Shown here one piece after another: positions 20,480-30,952 of a stretch of 64,000 nucleotides of DNA (position 1 is its first letter; the number at the start of each line of letters is the position of its first letter). A program made the position numbers and the translations under genes. The notes under the pieces are model-generated. The model did not search any database, was not told where the DNA came from, and saw only the letters and a list, made by a program, of their open reading frames with translations. The stretch comes from an uncultured Nitrospiraceae bacterium (GTDB lineage Bacteria; Nitrospirota; Thermodesulfovibrionia; Thermodesulfovibrionales; Dissulfurispiraceae): NCBI GenBank assembly GCA_963705105.1, contig CAVPIW010000012.1, forward strand, positions 96,001 to 160,000, read 5' to 3'.

Positions 20480-21574
20480 TCAGCGCGTCTTCTTCTCTTC
20501 CCCGTCCATCCTCTTGTGGAGCCAGGCCGCGATGGTCGGTGCGAGCTCCTTTTGCGACTTCGAACCGGTGAAGACGCCGATGTGCCCGCCCTTGAACTCG
20601 TAGAGTTCCTTGTCCGTGCTCCCGACGAGATCGTTCAGGGGCTTCGTCGAGCTGGGGGGAACGATGTGGTCGCCGCTCGCAAAGATGTTCAGGAGGGGCA
20701 TGGTGACCTTCTTCAGGTCCACCTCCCTGTCTCCTATCTTCAGCTCCCCCTTGACGAGCTTGTTCTGCTGGTAAAAGTCCTTGATGAACTGCCGGAAGGC
20801 CTCTCCCGCCTGATCGGGGCTGTCGAAGATCCACCTCTCCATCCTGAGGAAGTTCAGAAGCTTGTCCTTGTCCTCCATGACATCGAGCATGTCGACGTAC
20901 TTGCTGATGTGAAGGGTGAAGGGCATGAGCATCAGGAAGCCCGTGTTCAGGAAATCACCGGGAATGACGCCGAAGGAGTCGACGAGGGAGTCGGCGTTTA
21001 TATTTCTCGACCACCGGTAGAGCAGGCCGTCGTTCGTCGAAAAGTCCACGGGCGTGACGAGGGTGACGAGGTTCTTCACCTTCTCGGGATACAGCGCCGA
21101 GAAAATGGCCGCGAAGGTCCCGCCCTGGCAGATGCCCATGAGGGAGATCTTGTCGTTACCCGTCGCCTCCCTGATATGGTCCACGCAGTCGGCGAGATAT
21201 CCGTTGATGTAATCATCCAGCGTCAGGTAGCGGTCGGTCTTGACGGGATATCCCCAGTCGATGATATAGAGGTCTATGCCGTGGGCCAGCAGATTTCGCA
21301 CGATGCTCCGGTCGGGCTGCAGATCGAGCATGTACTGCTTGTTGACGAGGGCGTAGACGATCAGGACCGGCACGCGGCAGGTCACGTCGCCGGCAGCCTT
21401 GTAATGATAGAGCTTCACCTTGTCCTGCTCATACACGAGGTCCTTGGGCGCCGTGCCGACATCCACTTCTTCGATGTCCATGAGCACTTCGGCGCCCTTC
21501 ATGAACTTCCTGTTAAGCTCCCCCATTTCCTTAAGGATATTTTTCGAGTTGAATGTGACCATGGGCGTTTTCAT
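20480..21574 (-). CDS. phaC: Class III PHA synthase subunit PhaC
   Basis: YALVN, LDLQPDRS, lipase box GICQGG, DHIVP, GGHIG; 364 aa. Confidence 0.95.
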   Translation of the reverse strand: MKTPMVTFNSKNILKEMGELNRKFMKGAEVLMDIEEVDVGTAPKDLVYEQDKVKLYHYKAAGDVTCRVPVLIVYALVNKQYMLDLQPDRSIVRNLLAHGIDLYIIDWGYPVKTDRYLTLDDYINGYLADCVDHIREATGNDKISLMGICQGGTFAAIFSALYPEKVKNLVTLVTPVDFSTNDGLLYRWSRNINADSLVDSFGVIPGDFLNTGFLMLMPFTLHISKYVDMLDVMEDKDKLLNFLRMERWIFDSPDQAGEAFRQFIKDFYQQNKLVKGELKIGDREVDLKKVTMPLLNIFASGDHIVPPSSTKPLNDLVGSTDKELYEFKGGHIGVFTGSKSQKELAPTIAAWLHKRMDGEEKKTR

Positions 21575-22851
21575 CTGGATCCCTCCTCAGAGGCCGGTTT
21601 CCTCTTCTTCGGCGGAGCTGCTTTCCGGGGGGCGACGGTTTTCGCGGTGACGTTACCGGCGGTCGGTCGGGCTGTTTTCGTCTCCGCCGCAACTGCGGCA
21701 GGCGCACGCTCGAGCCCATCGATCCTCTCCTGCATCTTCGCCATTGTTTCCGACATCTGCTGCATTTGGGAGCGGAGTTCCCCGATGTTAGACCTCTCGA
21801 TTTTCCGCACCGTCCTCTTGAGTTCGTATATCGTCTTGTATGCGTCGTCCATCTCCGACCTGAGGGCTATGGGGAAGTCAGCCAGTACCAGCTCCATCAG
21901 TTTGTGCAGGTTGGTCCTGACGTCCAGGGACGCCTGCAGCAGCTCCCCCTGGACCCTGGAGAACTCGTCGGTATGGAACAGTTCGAGGTAGGACTTCTCA
22001 TTTATGTTTATCCAGAGATCGAGAAAATCGTCGAAGCTCTTGACCTCCTCGCCGTCCTTGATCATCTGGACCATTTTTTCCGAGATTTTTTCCATCGCCT
22101 TCTTGGAAGGGATAAAGATCAGGTGCTGATACTCCATATTTTTCGCCATGTAGACGGCATACTTGTCGAGGCTCGTCAGGAGGAGTTCGACCTTTTCCCG
22201 GTCTTTCCCGACGGGAGGGAATTTGAAGATCTCTCCGAAGGTGCCGAAAAATGCCTTGAACAGGTTATGAAACATGCCCATCATCGACCCGACATCGCTC
22301 TCGACGTCGCCCGATGCGAGTTTCGGGAGGGTCTGAATGTTCTTCTGGCAGGCCTCGGCCCAGGGTTTGACGAATTTCTCGGCCGACGAGCCCCAGGTCT
22401 CGATATACTTCGACGACTGATCATAGAATTCCTGTGTCAGCTCCGGTGCTTTTTTATTTATGACCTCGTCGATCATCTCCCGCAGCTTGTCGGGGTCCAT
22501 GTGATCCTGCCAGTTGTCGGGGTCGATCATCTTCTGTGAGAGCGACTGGATGACGGGCATCCAGAGCTCGTAGAATTTCAGGTACATGCCGGTGTTGTTC
22601 AGGAGTTTCGAAAAAATATCCCTGACGACATCGGCGTCACGTTTCGCCATCTCATCGGAAGCTGCCGTCATGGTGTTCAGCCACGACGCATACATTGTCA
22701 GCGGATTCAGCAGTGCCCCGTTCCCCGACTTCTCGATGTTCATGATACCTGCGAGGGAGCGCTGCACCTTTTCGGCTGTCTCCGACCAGGCATCGATCAT
22801 ATCTCTCTGCGTTTTCGCCCAAGATTCGAAAAGGCTCTGGGCCTGTTCCAT
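21571..22851 (-). CDS. phaE: Class III PHA synthase subunit PhaE
   Basis: PPVGKDRE, FLDLWINI, RSEMDDAYKTIYELKR; ATGA overlap with phaC; PhaF-like basic AAP/KK tail. Confidence 0.88.
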   Translation of the reverse strand: MEQAQSLFESWAKTQRDMIDAWSETAEKVQRSLAGIMNIEKSGNGALLNPLTMYASWLNTMTAASDEMAKRDADVVRDIFSKLLNNTGMYLKFYELWMPVIQSLSQKMIDPDNWQDHMDPDKLREMIDEVINKKAPELTQEFYDQSSKYIETWGSSAEKFVKPWAEACQKNIQTLPKLASGDVESDVGSMMGMFHNLFKAFFGTFGEIFKFPPVGKDREKVELLLTSLDKYAVYMAKNMEYQHLIFIPSKKAMEKISEKMVQMIKDGEEVKSFDDFLDLWININEKSYLELFHTDEFSRVQGELLQASLDVRTNLHKLMELVLADFPIALRSEMDDAYKTIYELKRTVRKIERSNIGELRSQMQQMSETMAKMQERIDGLERAPAAVAAETKTARPTAGNVTAKTVAPRKAAPPKKRKPASEEGSR

Positions 22852-22908
22852 CTCTGTCCTCCTCTTGAAAACCGTTCACGGATTGGGTTGTATGGGATAC
22901 CAGTGCGT

Positions 22909-22944
22909 CCTTCCGTCACCGTGGTACTATCGGGTGACGGAAGG
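22909..22944. terminator. Strong intergenic hairpin upstream of phaE
   Basis: CCTTCCGTCACC ... GGTGACGGAAGG. Confidence 0.6.
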
Positions 22945-22962
22945 AACGAATTGCCGATCGGA

Positions 22963-23430
22963 TTATGATGTTTTGCCCGTCTTGAAAAAGTTGAAGAAGT
23001 CCTTCGCGATGTCCCTGTTCATTTCCATCTGCTTCTCGATGGTGTTCTTCCAGGTTTCCTGGATGTTGACGATCTCATCGGTGAAGACCTTGGACGAGTT
23101 GACCATCGTCGTGATCCAGGAATTGTAGAGCTTGAACACCTCCGATCCCTCCTTCGCGCCCGAGGCGTCAAGAAGGGCCTGCTGAAAGTTCTTCGTCGCC
23201 TCCATCCACTTGTCGAAGAAATCCTTCTGCGATCTGGCCCAGTTCTCGATAAAATCCTTCTGTGTCTTCATCCAGGCCTCGAAGAAATCGGAGCCCTTTT
23301 CCATGAACTGCAGGTTCTTCGATGCCTCGACCCATTTCTCGAAGAAATCCTTCTGCGTCCCCGGCCATTTCTCGAGGAACTCCTTCTGTGCCTTTGTCCA
23401 GGCTTCAAAGAATTCAGACGGGTTGTTCAT
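22963..23430 (-). CDS. Phasin-like amphipathic repeat protein
   Basis: 11-residue WxxxQKxFxEx repeats; upstream of phaE. Confidence 0.7.
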   Translation of the reverse strand: MNNPSEFFEAWTKAQKEFLEKWPGTQKDFFEKWVEASKNLQFMEKGSDFFEAWMKTQKDFIENWARSQKDFFDKWMEATKNFQQALLDASGAKEGSEVFKLYNSWITTMVNSSKVFTDEIVNIQETWKNTIEKQMEMNRDIAKDFFNFFKTGKTS

Positions 23431-23508
23431 TTTTGTATCCTCCTTGCTGTATTGAGATTAGAAATCAGAACGCGCGTTTAAAGATATGGTGAAGGGGAAA
23501 CGGGTCCG

Positions 23509-23955
23509 CTACTGGCCGGCATCCCCTTTCTGTTTGAAGAAGTTGAGAAAGTTCTTCGCCATCTCCTTGTTCATCTCCATCTGCTTGTCCATGATACTCT
23601 GCCAGGCGTCGCGGGCCTTTTCCCCTCCCTCCGCCATCATCCGGAGACGGAGCTCCTGGATCGTATTCTTGAGGAACTCGTTTTCCGCCTTCAGGGTTTC
23701 GTTTTCCTTCACCACGTCGTCGTACTGCTTCTTCGGGACGAAACCGAGAGACGAGTAAAAGGCGATCATCTGCTCGAAGATGTCCGGGGCCTTGTCGGAC
23801 AGCCCGCTCTTCGACGCAGAGAGTTCCCAGAATTTCCTGGCCCCGTCGAGGCCTTCCTTCTGCATCCTGGTGAAGAAATCCATGAAACCCTGCCTGAAAA
23901 GAGGGTTTTCGCAGAGACTCATGAAGTATTTCACCATGTCTTCATTCATATTCAT
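23509..23955 (-). CDS. Phasin-like coiled-coil protein
   Basis: LGFVPKKQYD + coiled coil; C-terminus homologous to that of 22963-23430. Confidence 0.65.
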   Translation of the reverse strand: MNMNEDMVKYFMSLCENPLFRQGFMDFFTRMQKEGLDGARKFWELSASKSGLSDKAPDIFEQMIAFYSSLGFVPKKQYDDVVKENETLKAENEFLKNTIQELRLRMMAEGGEKARDAWQSIMDKQMEMNKEMAKNFLNFFKQKGDAGQ

Positions 23956-24101
23956 AAAACATCACCTCTCTGATCCCTTTCGTCACCTCGGTGACGGGAC
24001 CGGTTGAAAGACAAAGATAAGTTATAATTCTATAATTTTTATTAATAATTTGCAAGCGCGGGCGCATGCCCCGGCATGCCGTGAGACGTCCGCGGCGGAG
24101 A

Positions 24102-25214
24102 TCAGGGCTGTGAAGACAGTAGCTGCCTGGTCAGGTAGATGCGGAGGAAAGGGTCGTCAATCGTATATTTTCCCCGGCCCTCTCTCTTCAGGAAGCCCAT
24201 TTCCTCCAGTGATGTGCATGTCTTATACAGGACCAGGGGGTTCACTCCCGGTTCGACGCCGTTGGCGATGGCAAAGAGGACCTCCGTATGGTGCTTCTTG
24301 AGCCTGAGTCGTGAGACGATATCCTCCAGGTAGGACCGTGTCTCTTCAAAGGAGAGGAGGAGCGCCTGGCTCATGTCATCTTTGCCGACCGTCCGGCGTT
24401 TCCCGTCGACACACAGGTAGTATAGGCTCTGCAGTGTTTTCATTGAATAGAAGGGATGCCCGCCGAGCGTTGAAAGGAAATCCCTGAGGGCCTCCCCGTC
24501 CGCCGAGATGTGCTTTTCCTTCAGCTTCTGTTGAGCATAAAGACAGAGGACGTCGATGTCCAGCCCGGGCAGCCTGATGATCCTGCCGAAGTGAAAAAAG
24601 GCCGAGGCCTTGTTCTGGAACAGCCTGGTCATGAGGGATTCCTGGCTGCCGGCGAATATATACGAGGCGTTCCGATGCCTCTGCAATGCCGACCGCATCC
24701 GGTCGAGCACGGCCGGCACCCCGAAGTTGAGGATGTCCTGAAACTCGTCATAGGCGACGCAGACGGTTTTTCCGAGCCTTGCGCCCACGGTGTCTGGCAG
24801 GTCGATGGCGTGCATGAACAGCTCGACAGGGTCTTTCTTCGACTCAATCAGCTCGATGGTCACCTCCGCGAGATCGGGTATGCCTGCCCTGAACTTTACC
24901 CGCAGATGCCTGAGCAAGCGGGTGATGCTCTCTTTCGTCTGCCTGATGAAGTTCTCGATGCCGAGCAGCCTGTAGGAGGAGTCAATGATGGCCGCGGAGA
25001 GACGTTCGAGGTCCGGCCAGTATTTCAGGTCGACGTAGATGTTCGGCCCGCCCTGCTGCCTGAAGGCCTCGAGGATGAGGGAGCTTTTGCCGTATCGCCG
25101 GGGCGCCATGAGGATGACGTTCTGCCTGTCGTTCATGTACTGGGCAAGCTGCCGCAATTCTGTTTCCCTGTCGATGAAGTCCTCTCCGAGGACGGGGCTG
25201 CCGACTCTGAACAT
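24102..25214 (-). CDS. Archaeal-ATPase-type AAA protein with C-terminal wHTH
   Basis: FIDRETE, APRRYGKSS, YDEFQ, GGHPF, DPFL. Confidence 0.88.
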   Translation of the reverse strand: MFRVGSPVLGEDFIDRETELRQLAQYMNDRQNVILMAPRRYGKSSLILEAFRQQGGPNIYVDLKYWPDLERLSAAIIDSSYRLLGIENFIRQTKESITRLLRHLRVKFRAGIPDLAEVTIELIESKKDPVELFMHAIDLPDTVGARLGKTVCVAYDEFQDILNFGVPAVLDRMRSALQRHRNASYIFAGSQESLMTRLFQNKASAFFHFGRIIRLPGLDIDVLCLYAQQKLKEKHISADGEALRDFLSTLGGHPFYSMKTLQSLYYLCVDGKRRTVGKDDMSQALLLSFEETRSYLEDIVSRLRLKKHHTEVLFAIANGVEPGVNPLVLYKTCTSLEEMGFLKREGRGKYTIDDPFLRIYLTRQLLSSQP

Positions 25215-25556
25215 GGGAATACCCTCCTTAAAATATCCAATTATTAGATATTATAGCATAACCAATATTAGGATATCCTTTTTTGGGATATTGCGGCGTT
25301 TGCGCTCGCTATCCTTAGAAGCCCATGTTCCCCCGCTCCGCTCGGGAGAAGGTGGCATTCGAATAGACTTTCCGGTCGCATGAAAAGGCGGGACAAAGTG
25401 CTCTGAAGAAGAGTGGGAGTGTCAGTGTGAGTGTCAGGAAAAGGCTCTTTTTTCAGCCGTCAGCCTGACATGATCCGTATGGGAAGGCAAAGGTTTCGCA
25501 GCACCAAGGCTTATCGGCATCTTCGCCCCGCCTTTCCATGCAACTGTAATGTTCAG

Positions 25557-25991
25557 TCAGGGTAAGACGGGCGGCAGCACCGCAAATCCCTCATTCCTCG
25601 CCGCTTCACGCAGTCTCTGGTCAAGGCAGACAAAACGGAAGCCCTTCGGCTTCGCCCCCGACCATATCAGCGCGGCTGCAAGCTGCAGGGAATCAGCAGC
25701 GCGCAGGGGATGGAGAAGAAGGAGCCGTTCAGCGGCGTCCCTTACGTCCTTTCCCGGCTCAATCTCCGTCCAGGCGTCAGACATGATGGTCAGGAGACGC
25801 CTCACCCGGTCTTCCTCCGCCGTCTTCAGAAAGCCTTCACGTCGCAGACGGGCAAAGGCGGAGAAGCATTCAACAGGACTTCCCCACCAGGCTACAATGT
25901 CATCGTCTTTCTGCGCCAGATCACGCATCGTCACCGTCTGAGGCCCTTCGATGACAAGAGGGATAAGGGCTGAGGAATCCCAGAACATCAT
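25557..25991 (-). CDS. vapC: VapC/PIN toxin
   Basis: FWDSSALIP, LRAADSLQLA, CLDQRL. Confidence 0.88.
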   Translation of the reverse strand: MMFWDSSALIPLVIEGPQTVTMRDLAQKDDDIVAWWGSPVECFSAFARLRREGFLKTAEEDRVRRLLTIMSDAWTEIEPGKDVRDAAERLLLLHPLRAADSLQLAAALIWSGAKPKGFRFVCLDQRLREAARNEGFAVLPPVLP

Positions 25992-26281
25992 CTCGACTCT
26001 TCTCTTTCGGAGATAAGCGTTTTGACGGCCCTGTCGCTGCGGTCTTTCGGCCGGGGAATGTCCCAGAACCCTTTCGGCAGCTTATGCTTCGGGATTCTTG
26101 CGAGACCTGCCCGCTCCAGGTGAAGGAGATGAGAGGGTATTTCCGCCTCGGCACGATCTATCGGTACGATCTTCGCCACAGGCTTTCCCCTGTCTGTAAT
26201 GATGAGCTCCTCACCCGCCTTCACCTTGGAGAGGAACTCGCTCAGCGAAGCCTTCAATTCTGCAACTCCGGCGGTTTTCAT
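25988..26281 (-). CDS. Phd/YefM family antitoxin
   Basis: ELKASLSEFL..GEELIITDRGKPVAKIVP. Confidence 0.88.
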   Translation of the reverse strand: MKTAGVAELKASLSEFLSKVKAGEELIITDRGKPVAKIVPIDRAEAEIPSHLLHLERAGLARIPKHKLPKGFWDIPRPKDRSDRAVKTLISEREESR

Positions 26282-26716
26282 GCACCTGACCTCCAAGACT
26301 TCTTGTATATGACTATTATAGTCACATATGACGGGAAAGTTCAAGGTCGGCTTTCCTATGACCGGCGTCAGCAGGATTAAAACATCCCGCCTCCCATCCC
26401 CCATCGCGGCAGGATCAGCTCGTCTGCACGTCACTTAGCAAAATTACTGAATATTTGCGCAGTATGGCTGCAACCTCATATCATGTCCGCATCTCTTTCC
26501 CTTTGCTCCCGGACGTGTCGTCGATTTTCAGTACCCCGGGACCGGGGCACCCTGCCAATTTTAATGGACCTCTTCATTCTGGTAAGATGTTTGCATATTG
26601 TATGAAGGAACGATATACAACCTATCCTGCGTTGAGTTATCGAATGAAAGGAGTACGACAGAATATCCGGCAAAATCATCGACCTTCTATACCCGCTAAT
26701 TCACTGGATAAAGAAA

Positions 26717-27706
26717 ATGAAGGTTGCTCTCAAAAAAATGACACCCGAGCTGGAAGGAGTTCTTCCTGGACGGTCATGTCGAAGCCATCCGGGAGTACAG
26801 AGTGTTGTGGCGACGCAAACCTATGACAACCTGAAAAGCGTGGTGCTGAGCAGAAAGCCCGAGATCACGTATAACCCCCGGTTCCTGGACATGGCCCGCC
26901 ACTACCGCTTCTCGATCCGTGTCTGCACACCCCGCAGGGCCAATGAAAAGGGCAAGGTGGAACGTGTGATCCGGGACATCGAGAGCTTTCTCCGGGTCAC
27001 TACAGCCACGGATATCATCGATCTCAACAGGAAAGTCGGTCAATGGCGCTCACAGAGGAATGCACGCATCCACCGGAGCACCCGGAAAGCTCCCGCAGAG
27101 GCCCTGAAAGAAGAAAAGCTCCTGTCTCTGCCGCAGATCCCCTACAAGCCTTATCGCCACGAGACCGCCCCGGTCAGCACGACCGGGTTCATCACCGTGC
27201 AGACGAACCGCTATTCCGTGCCGTCCTGCTATAGCGGCATGACCGCAGACCTCCTGCTCTATCCCGAGCGCATCGAGGTCGTCGTTGGCGGCAAGACCGT
27301 CGTCACCCACAGGCGGCTTTTCGACACACACCAAAAGATCGAGCATCCCGGTCACCGGCACAAGCCCCTCTGCCACAGTCCGCAGTTCAAGCTCCGGAGA
27401 ATCCACCAGCTCATGACTCATATGGACACGGCCATCGAGCACTTCATCACCGAGGCCCACAAGCAGGGACAGGACCCCCTGTCCGTCTCCTATGCTCTCT
27501 TCAAGCTGCTCAGGGGCATCTCCCGGGAGACCCTCATCTCCGCTGTCAGACAGGCAAACGAGCTGAACTCCTGCAGGGTCGCCTATGTGCAAGGGCTCCT
27601 GAGTCCGTCAGGGTATCAGGACAACCCCGTGCATCCCCAAAATGCGGGACTCCTGCATATCACCTATCAGGGGAGGGACCTCGATGAGTACGATACCCTT
27701 CTGTGA
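26717..27706 (+). pseudogene. istA: IS21-family transposase IstA, 5'-truncated
   Basis: Recognisable only from YDNLKSVV onward; NEKGKVER, NRYSVP; HTH and first catalytic Asp missing. Confidence 0.8.
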
Positions 27707-28364
27707 GCTCTGGCGACACTTCCGGCTGCTCAGTGACCCGCAATCCCTGGAGGAGCAGGACAAAGCGTTCCTGCAGCGGTTCCTTCAGCAGGAATACGCC
27801 CTGCACCAGGAAAGACGGATCCGGCATCTGCTCAGACTATCGGGGATCAAGCGGATCAAGCTCCTGACCGACTTCGACTGGACGTTCAATCCCCCCATCC
27901 CCCGGGACAAGATCATGGAGTACATGAATACCGTCTGGCTGACCAGGCCCTCCAGTCTCATCATCATCGGTCCCTCCGGGGTGGGAAAGACCCATGTCGC
28001 CACCGCGCTCTGCCATGACGCTGTGATGAAGGGGCATCAAACCCTGTTTCTCAGTCTCTTCGATCTGCAGGCAAAGATGGCACGCGCTAAGACGATCTAC
28101 AGCTTCGTGGAGCATTATGCAAAGACGCCGGTGCTCTGCCTTGACGAACTGGGCTACACCCTGCCGACCAAGGAACAGGCGGACTGCCTCTTTCAGATCA
28201 TCTCAAAACGCTATGAAACAGGCACGACGATTATCACAACCAATCCCATTCCTTCGCAGTGGGGTAAGGTCTTCGAGACGGTGACGGCTTCTGCCATCCT
28301 CGACCGACTCAGTATGAACGGGACGTTTCTGACCTTCGACGGGAACTCATATCGACGGAAATAG
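27684..28364 (+). CDS. istB: IS21-family helper ATPase
   Basis: GPSGVGKTH, LDELGY, AILDRL, GNSYR. Confidence 0.9.
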   Translation: MSTIPFCELWRHFRLLSDPQSLEEQDKAFLQRFLQQEYALHQERRIRHLLRLSGIKRIKLLTDFDWTFNPPIPRDKIMEYMNTVWLTRPSSLIIIGPSGVGKTHVATALCHDAVMKGHQTLFLSLFDLQAKMARAKTIYSFVEHYAKTPVLCLDELGYTLPTKEQADCLFQIISKRYETGTTIITTNPIPSQWGKVFETVTASAILDRLSMNGTFLTFDGNSYRRK

Positions 28365-28637
28365 GGACGGTTTGTGAGAAATACGATTGGTCTTGTCTCT
28401 GGTCACTGTCAGCTTAAAGGCAGGTTTGCAGGGATGCTCTCATGCTCCGGAAGGTACCAATCTCGCCATATGTGGTTCCTTCCTCGCCGGATTCGGTTCC
28501 TTTCCCGCGGCGCTAACACCCCGGCCATGTTTCCAGTCTACCAGAGGTCGTACGTCTCTTGTTTGACTGTGCAGTGCCTCCCGGCGTGCACGTGATTGAA
28601 TGAGTGGGGGGGTATCGTGCGGGGATATCTGGTGCGT

Positions 28638-29075
28638 CTACTTCTTCCAGTTCCTCAGAAGGACAGTCTTTATTTCTTCGATTTTTGTCAGCTTGTCATC
28701 GTTCGTGATGAAGGCACTTGCACCTGAGGTTATTGCCGTAGCGAGCTGGATTGCATCAGGTGTCCGGATGGCATACTTCGCCCTCAGGCTCGATGCGATA
28801 TCGGCGACATGAAGATCAATGGGTACGAATTCCAGATTCGGGAATGTGAGAAGGAGGTCTCTGTAGTCCGCGACTGCCTTTGCGGCGCCTTCTCTCTTGG
28901 GCTTTACCAGTATCTCGATTAGAGAGACGAAAGACGTGACAGCCCGATACTTCCCCTTCTCAACGGCGTCAAAGAGTTTCTCGGTGATCAAAGAGAACTC
29001 GGGATGATCTTCGAAGTGGTAGATAAAAACCATTGAGTCTATTCCGACGGTCTGCCCCTCATGAATTCCGATCAC
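28638..29075 (-). CDS. vapC: PIN-domain (VapC) toxin
   Basis: IDSMVFIY, RTPDAIQLATA, FITND. Confidence 0.88.
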   Translation of the reverse strand: MIGIHEGQTVGIDSMVFIYHFEDHPEFSLITEKLFDAVEKGKYRAVTSFVSLIEILVKPKREGAAKAVADYRDLLLTFPNLEFVPIDLHVADIASSLRAKYAIRTPDAIQLATAITSGASAFITNDDKLTKIEEIKTVLLRNWKK

Positions 29076-29305
29076 CAGGATTCCCTTTCCTTGCGCACAT
29101 AGGCAGCAGCGTCGGTACCCTTCCAGACGTCTTTGTGAAGCCCTTTCAGCTTTTTCGTGTAGCTTTTCGGCTTCTGTGTGATGACGATATTCTCATCGAC
29201 GATGTCAATGAGGAGTTCGTCGCCCTCTGTAATTCCGGCGATTTGCCTGATAGCCTTCGGTATGACGATCTGGCTCTTCTTGCCTAATTTTGTGGAATAG
29301 GGCAT
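29072..29305 (-). CDS. AbrB/MazE family antitoxin
   Basis: KSQIVIPKAIR..GITEGDEL. Confidence 0.88.
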   Translation of the reverse strand: MPYSTKLGKKSQIVIPKAIRQIAGITEGDELLIDIVDENIVITQKPKSYTKKLKGLHKDVWKGTDAAAYVRKERESW

Positions 29306-29519
29306 TATCGACCTCCACTTCTTCTTCTCTCTGAATTATATCATAATAGTAGGATAATATTGAATTAGTCATACGATAACAGAAACGGTCTCCGCTCTTG
29401 CTGCGGAAGACGCGTGCAGGAAGAGACGATGGCGACAGAGGGAACCTTCTTGTTATTTATCAAATAGATTTAGAAGATCCGTCGTGGAGCATCATTTTAA
29501 TATTACAGCAGGAATTCTG

Positions 29520-30494
29520 CTATGTTCTGCCCGGACGCTTAATGAATGTCGCTTTTGCGGTTTGTTTGTCTCGATTTGTTTTTTTTGGACTGCCCTTGTT
29601 AACCATGATCTCACGCCTTGTGGCAAGGAGCATGTCTTTGAGCTGCGCCTGGAGTGACATTAGATCATTTTTCTTGTATATGATCTGTTTGAAATGTTCA
29701 ACATCGAAGGGACTGTCTTTCTTTCGCTGAGACAGGAGAATTGTGGGTTTTCCGAGTGCGTGGGCATAACCCGTTTCGTAGAACACATTAGGGCTTTTAT
29801 CGGTCATCTCGGAGATGATTATATCTGCCTTTCTGATGCATTCGTAAATCTTCTGCAATATGTCGTGAGGGAGCTTGATCTCGTCCACCTTTTCGCATCT
29901 CATACCGAGACTCTCAACGGCGGTTTTGATGCCCAATTCATAAATATTCTTGAATTTTTGGCGAAAGGGAATTTGAACAAACACATAGAAACGGCCTAAA
30001 AAATGAAGCCACTCTTCATTGGATTTCATGCCGTCCGTAATGGTACCGACGAATATCTTGAGGTTCTGAACATCGTCATTAGAGAAAGTAGCGCATTGGC
30101 CGTGCTCACGTTTGTTTTCCACTTTAAGAAGGCCGAACACCTGCTTCCCAATGAGAAGCGGCAAGCCGACGAGGGACCAGCAGTAAAAGCCTTTCTTTTT
30201 CCAGAGCTCTCTATCATATTTACCGGCGTGGTTGGAATGTTTTTCTATTTCTTCGCGAGAGTTGGCTATGAATGTGTTTCCCTGGGCGATCCAACCGGTG
30301 ATTCCCTCTCCGGGCTTATACCTGGCTTTCCCGACCAGATTTTGATTATAACCGTGGGAAGCGCGCATCACGAACTCCTCGTCCTCTTTCAGGTAGATCG
30401 CGCCCGCATCGGCTCGAAGGAGTTGTACCGCACAACTGCAAATACGATTAATGTACTCATTAAATTCATCGATTTTTCGTTCCTGCGGTTTCAT
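29520..30494 (-). CDS. GAF domain fused to nucleoside 2-deoxyribosyltransferase-like domain
   Basis: GAF (PGEGITGWIA, GLPL..FGLLKVEN..FSNDD) + FVQIPF..ADIIISEMT..SPNVFYETGYAHALGKPTILL..PFDV. Confidence 0.78.
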   Translation of the reverse strand: MKPQERKIDEFNEYINRICSCAVQLLRADAGAIYLKEDEEFVMRASHGYNQNLVGKARYKPGEGITGWIAQGNTFIANSREEIEKHSNHAGKYDRELWKKKGFYCWSLVGLPLLIGKQVFGLLKVENKREHGQCATFSNDDVQNLKIFVGTITDGMKSNEEWLHFLGRFYVFVQIPFRQKFKNIYELGIKTAVESLGMRCEKVDEIKLPHDILQKIYECIRKADIIISEMTDKSPNVFYETGYAHALGKPTILLSQRKKDSPFDVEHFKQIIYKKNDLMSLQAQLKDMLLATRREIMVNKGSPKKTNRDKQTAKATFIKRPGRT

Positions 30495-30679
30495 CGTATT
30501 CCTCCTGCAAGGCCGTCTCGATAGGGCCGAATGATGATGACGGCAATCCGCGACTCAGGATTTCTGTCGTAACTATACCATACTTTGAACCGGCTGAAAA
30601 TAATGCCGGAGTCTCAAGAAACGCTATAATATTAATGTCCCAATCATGATCTGATCAAGAGTCGTTTGGTTGAAGAGAA

Positions 30680-30952
30680 ACTTTCTCGGTCAGTACGAGA
30701 CACTTGTCCGATATGAAAAGCCTGACGCCCCTGAGTCCCCTTTCTTTTGAAATGCCTCAGAAAGGCAACCAAGCATGCCTTGTCATTCATTCTTCGTCCC
30801 ATCTGCCATCCAGAGAATCTACGGGTACCCGCACTGAGCAACCTCCACGACCACTAGAACAGCTATGGTCCATGCCTTCCCTCCCCAGCTCCGCTTCAAT
30901 CCCATCCCATCAGGGTACACATAGGGGCACGGCAGAAGATCCCAATGAACAC
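30680..30952 (-). pseudogene. IS256-family transposase remnant
   Basis: Manual translation PYVYPDGMGLKRSWGG..IAVLV..GY*IL..DKACLVAFLRHFK, a decayed match to the IS256 core. Confidence 0.7.

Noticed and set aside
20516..21991. Long antisense ORFs (491 aa here; also 33163-34749, 47035-48138, 2176-3261)
   Set aside because: Shadow frames of GC-rich genes with no motifs
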